Shown in pieces: positions 62,595-64,000 of a stretch of 64,000 bases of DNA. The stretch's first letter is position 1. Every line of letters begins with the position of its first letter. A program made the position numbers and the translations under genes. The stretch is from contig QZKN01000016.1 in the NCBI GenBank assembly GCA_003598175.1, positions 91,523-155,522 on the forward strand, given 5' to 3'. Under the pieces are notes generated by a model, which had not been told where the DNA came from, did not search any database, and worked only from the letters and a program-made list of their open reading frames with translations. Source of the DNA: Candidatus Omnitrophota bacterium. Its GTDB lineage: Bacteria > Hinthialibacterota > Hinthialibacteria > Hinthialibacterales > Hinthialibacteraceae.

Positions 62595-63098
62595 ATGCCC
62601 CTGTTTTACGACGGCCGTTGCCCCGAATTGAAAACCTGGTCGGAATTCTCGCAGATTCTCGGATTTACGGTTTGCGCCCTTCTCGCCAATTTTATACCTT
62701 CCACACTGATCCATTCCTTTCATTTTTTACACGCGCTGCAGTTTCAAACGCAAGTGATCGACGACTACGGAATGATCGGCGCGGTTTTCCTGGCGCTGGG
62801 CCGACCAATCATCTTAACCGGTTTCGGCCAGTGGCTGCCGATGATCGTGGCCGGATGGCAGAAAAAGACGCTCCCCATTCAGTTATTGTGGGCGGCGATC
62901 TGGTTCGCCATCCTTCACGTCCATTACGGTCCGACTCATCTCATCCAATATTTTGCCGTGGGATGGGTCCTCGCGAGTTGTTTCGTTTTTTGCCGGCAAG
63001 ACGGCCTATATAAAGCCTACCGCGTCACCACCATCGTTCACGCCCTGCACAATATCGCTATCCTGCTTTTATTTTATTATTTCCAATACGGGAAATGA
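62595..63098 (+). CDS. CPBP-family intramembrane metalloprotease (CAAX protease / Abi)
   Basis: ...LWAAIWFAILHVHY... and ...TIVHALHNIAI... match the FxxxH and HxxxN/D CPBP motifs. Start codon uncertain. Confidence 0.55.
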   Translation: MPLFYDGRCPELKTWSEFSQILGFTVCALLANFIPSTLIHSFHFLHALQFQTQVIDDYGMIGAVFLALGRPIILTGFGQWLPMIVAGWQKKTLPIQLLWAAIWFAILHVHYGPTHLIQYFAVGWVLASCFVFCRQDGLYKAYRVTTIVHALHNIAILLLFYYFQYGK

Positions 63099-63169
63099 GG
63101 AACGGGTAGAACCGGCGTCCGCGTCCGTCTTGTTTCTTTTTTTTTATTGACCGTGATCATTGCGCTCCG

Positions 63170-63952
63170 TCACAGTCGCCGAATCTCGAATCCTCCCCCC
63201 ACCTCGATTGTCGCTCCCGTCGAAAAATCGAAATAGCCTTGTGCAATCGCGCTTACCGCTTTCCCCACATCCTCCGGACGCCCCCATCGTTTTTGCGGCG
63301 TAAGGCCTGCGGAAATCAATTGATCGTATTTCGCCGTCACCACCGATGTCATATCCGTCGCAATCACGCCCGGTTGAATTTCGTATACGAAAATTTCTTC
63401 TTCCGCCAATCGATCGGCAAACAATTTGACCGCCATCGAAAGTCCGGCTTTGGACAAACAATACTCTCCGCGATTGATGGACGCGGTATAGGCGGAAATG
63501 GAGGTGATGAACACAATCCGTCCGCGTGGCATAACGCCGCTTTTCCGCAATGCGATCATCCGATTGGCGGCATATTGCGTCAGAAAAAACGGTCCGGTCA
63601 GGTTGACGTCGATCACATGGCGGTAACTTTCCTCCGACATCTCCAACAAGTCCGCCCGCACTTTCGGCGCGACGCCCGCATTATTCACAAGCAAATCCAG
63701 CCTCCCGAAAATCGCAATCGCGCCGTCCACCAATTTCCCATGGTCCTCTAGTTTTGACACGTCGGCCTGCCAAATTTCCGCTCGCCGCCCGGTTTCTTCC
63801 ACAATTTTTTTCGTTTCCTCCGCCGCCTGCCGATTTCCGGCATAATTCACGAGGATGTCATATCCCGCTTTGGCCAATTCGACAGCAATCCCACGACCGA
63901 TTCCGCGGCTGGCGCCGGTTATGAGTGCGCAAGACTGATTCGTCATCGGCAT
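63170..63952 (-). CDS. SDR-family oxidoreductase (3-oxoacyl-ACP reductase-like)
   Basis: ITGASRGIGRGIA TGxxxGxG motif. NNAG. YCLSK catalytic YxxxK. Confidence 0.85.
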   Translation of the reverse strand: MPMTNQSCALITGASRGIGRGIAVELAKAGYDILVNYAGNRQAAEETKKIVEETGRRAEIWQADVSKLEDHGKLVDGAIAIFGRLDLLVNNAGVAPKVRADLLEMSEESYRHVIDVNLTGPFFLTQYAANRMIALRKSGVMPRGRIVFITSISAYTASINRGEYCLSKAGLSMAVKLFADRLAEEEIFVYEIQPGVIATDMTSVVTAKYDQLISAGLTPQKRWGRPEDVGKAVSAIAQGYFDFSTGATIEVGGGFEIRRL

Positions 63953-64000
63953 TTCTCCTTTTCAACGTGATGAACTCGTGGTAGGTGCGATTCGCGAATC

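Noticed and set aside
1-64000. CRISPR arrays, rRNA, tRNA, integrase or transposase genes
   Set aside because: Looked for regularly spaced direct repeats, tRNA T-arm/acceptor-like motifs in intergenic regions, and tyrosine/serine recombinase or DDE motifs in all ORFs. None found by eye. tRNA absence is not definitive without tRNAscan.
63953-64000. Possible minus-strand gene end just upstream of the SDR gene start
   Set aside because: Only about 12 codons are visible before the window edge, too little to call.

Overview
This 64-kb window looks like chromosomal DNA from a Gram-negative-type bacterium, with about 50-58 % GC in the core genes and a mosaic of core metabolism and accessory islands. 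All calls are by-eye readings of the supplied six-frame translations; no database search was run.

Housekeeping and metabolic genes present:
- glpK-glpD-glpF glycerol catabolism
- glnS (glutaminyl-tRNA synthetase)
- uppP
- malic enzyme
- GntP permease
- XdhC and MocA molybdenum-cofactor genes
- an SDR oxidoreductase
- a four-gene DsrMKJOP/Hme-like membrane redox operon

Other annotated content:
- a CheX/CheY pair next to a pentapeptide-repeat protein
- a response regulator and two paralogous histidine kinases, one a 1011-aa beta-propeller sensor
- secreted carbohydrate-active and cell-surface proteins: GH38-like, Asp-box propellers, and cohesin-like and dockerin-like proteins
- a partial RHS/YD-repeat gene running off the left edge

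Accessory regions:
- A roughly 10-kb AT-rich island at about 8.0-18.2 kb carries toxin-antitoxin modules (a PIN-domain fragment, HEPN/MNT, and an antitoxin-RelE-Phd trio) flanked by about 240-bp imperfect direct repeats.
- Downstream of these sits a tightly coupled six-gene operon: Dcm C5-methyltransferase, HD-domain protein, 595-aa P-loop NTPase, 331-aa unknown, ThyX-family protein and Vsr endonuclease. This is the best candidate for an undescribed restriction, defence or DNA-modification system.
- A PIN-like three-gene operon lies at the island's right end.
- A second accessory region at 35.5-44 kb holds HigBA-type and DUF433/DUF5615 toxin-antitoxin pairs and a frameshifted PD-(D/E)XK-like gene.
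- In the same region, two decayed direct-repeat copies of a histidine-kinase ATP-binding domain bracket a GH38-like glycosidase gene and share the same truncation point.

No rRNA, tRNA, CRISPR array, integrase or transposase was recognised.
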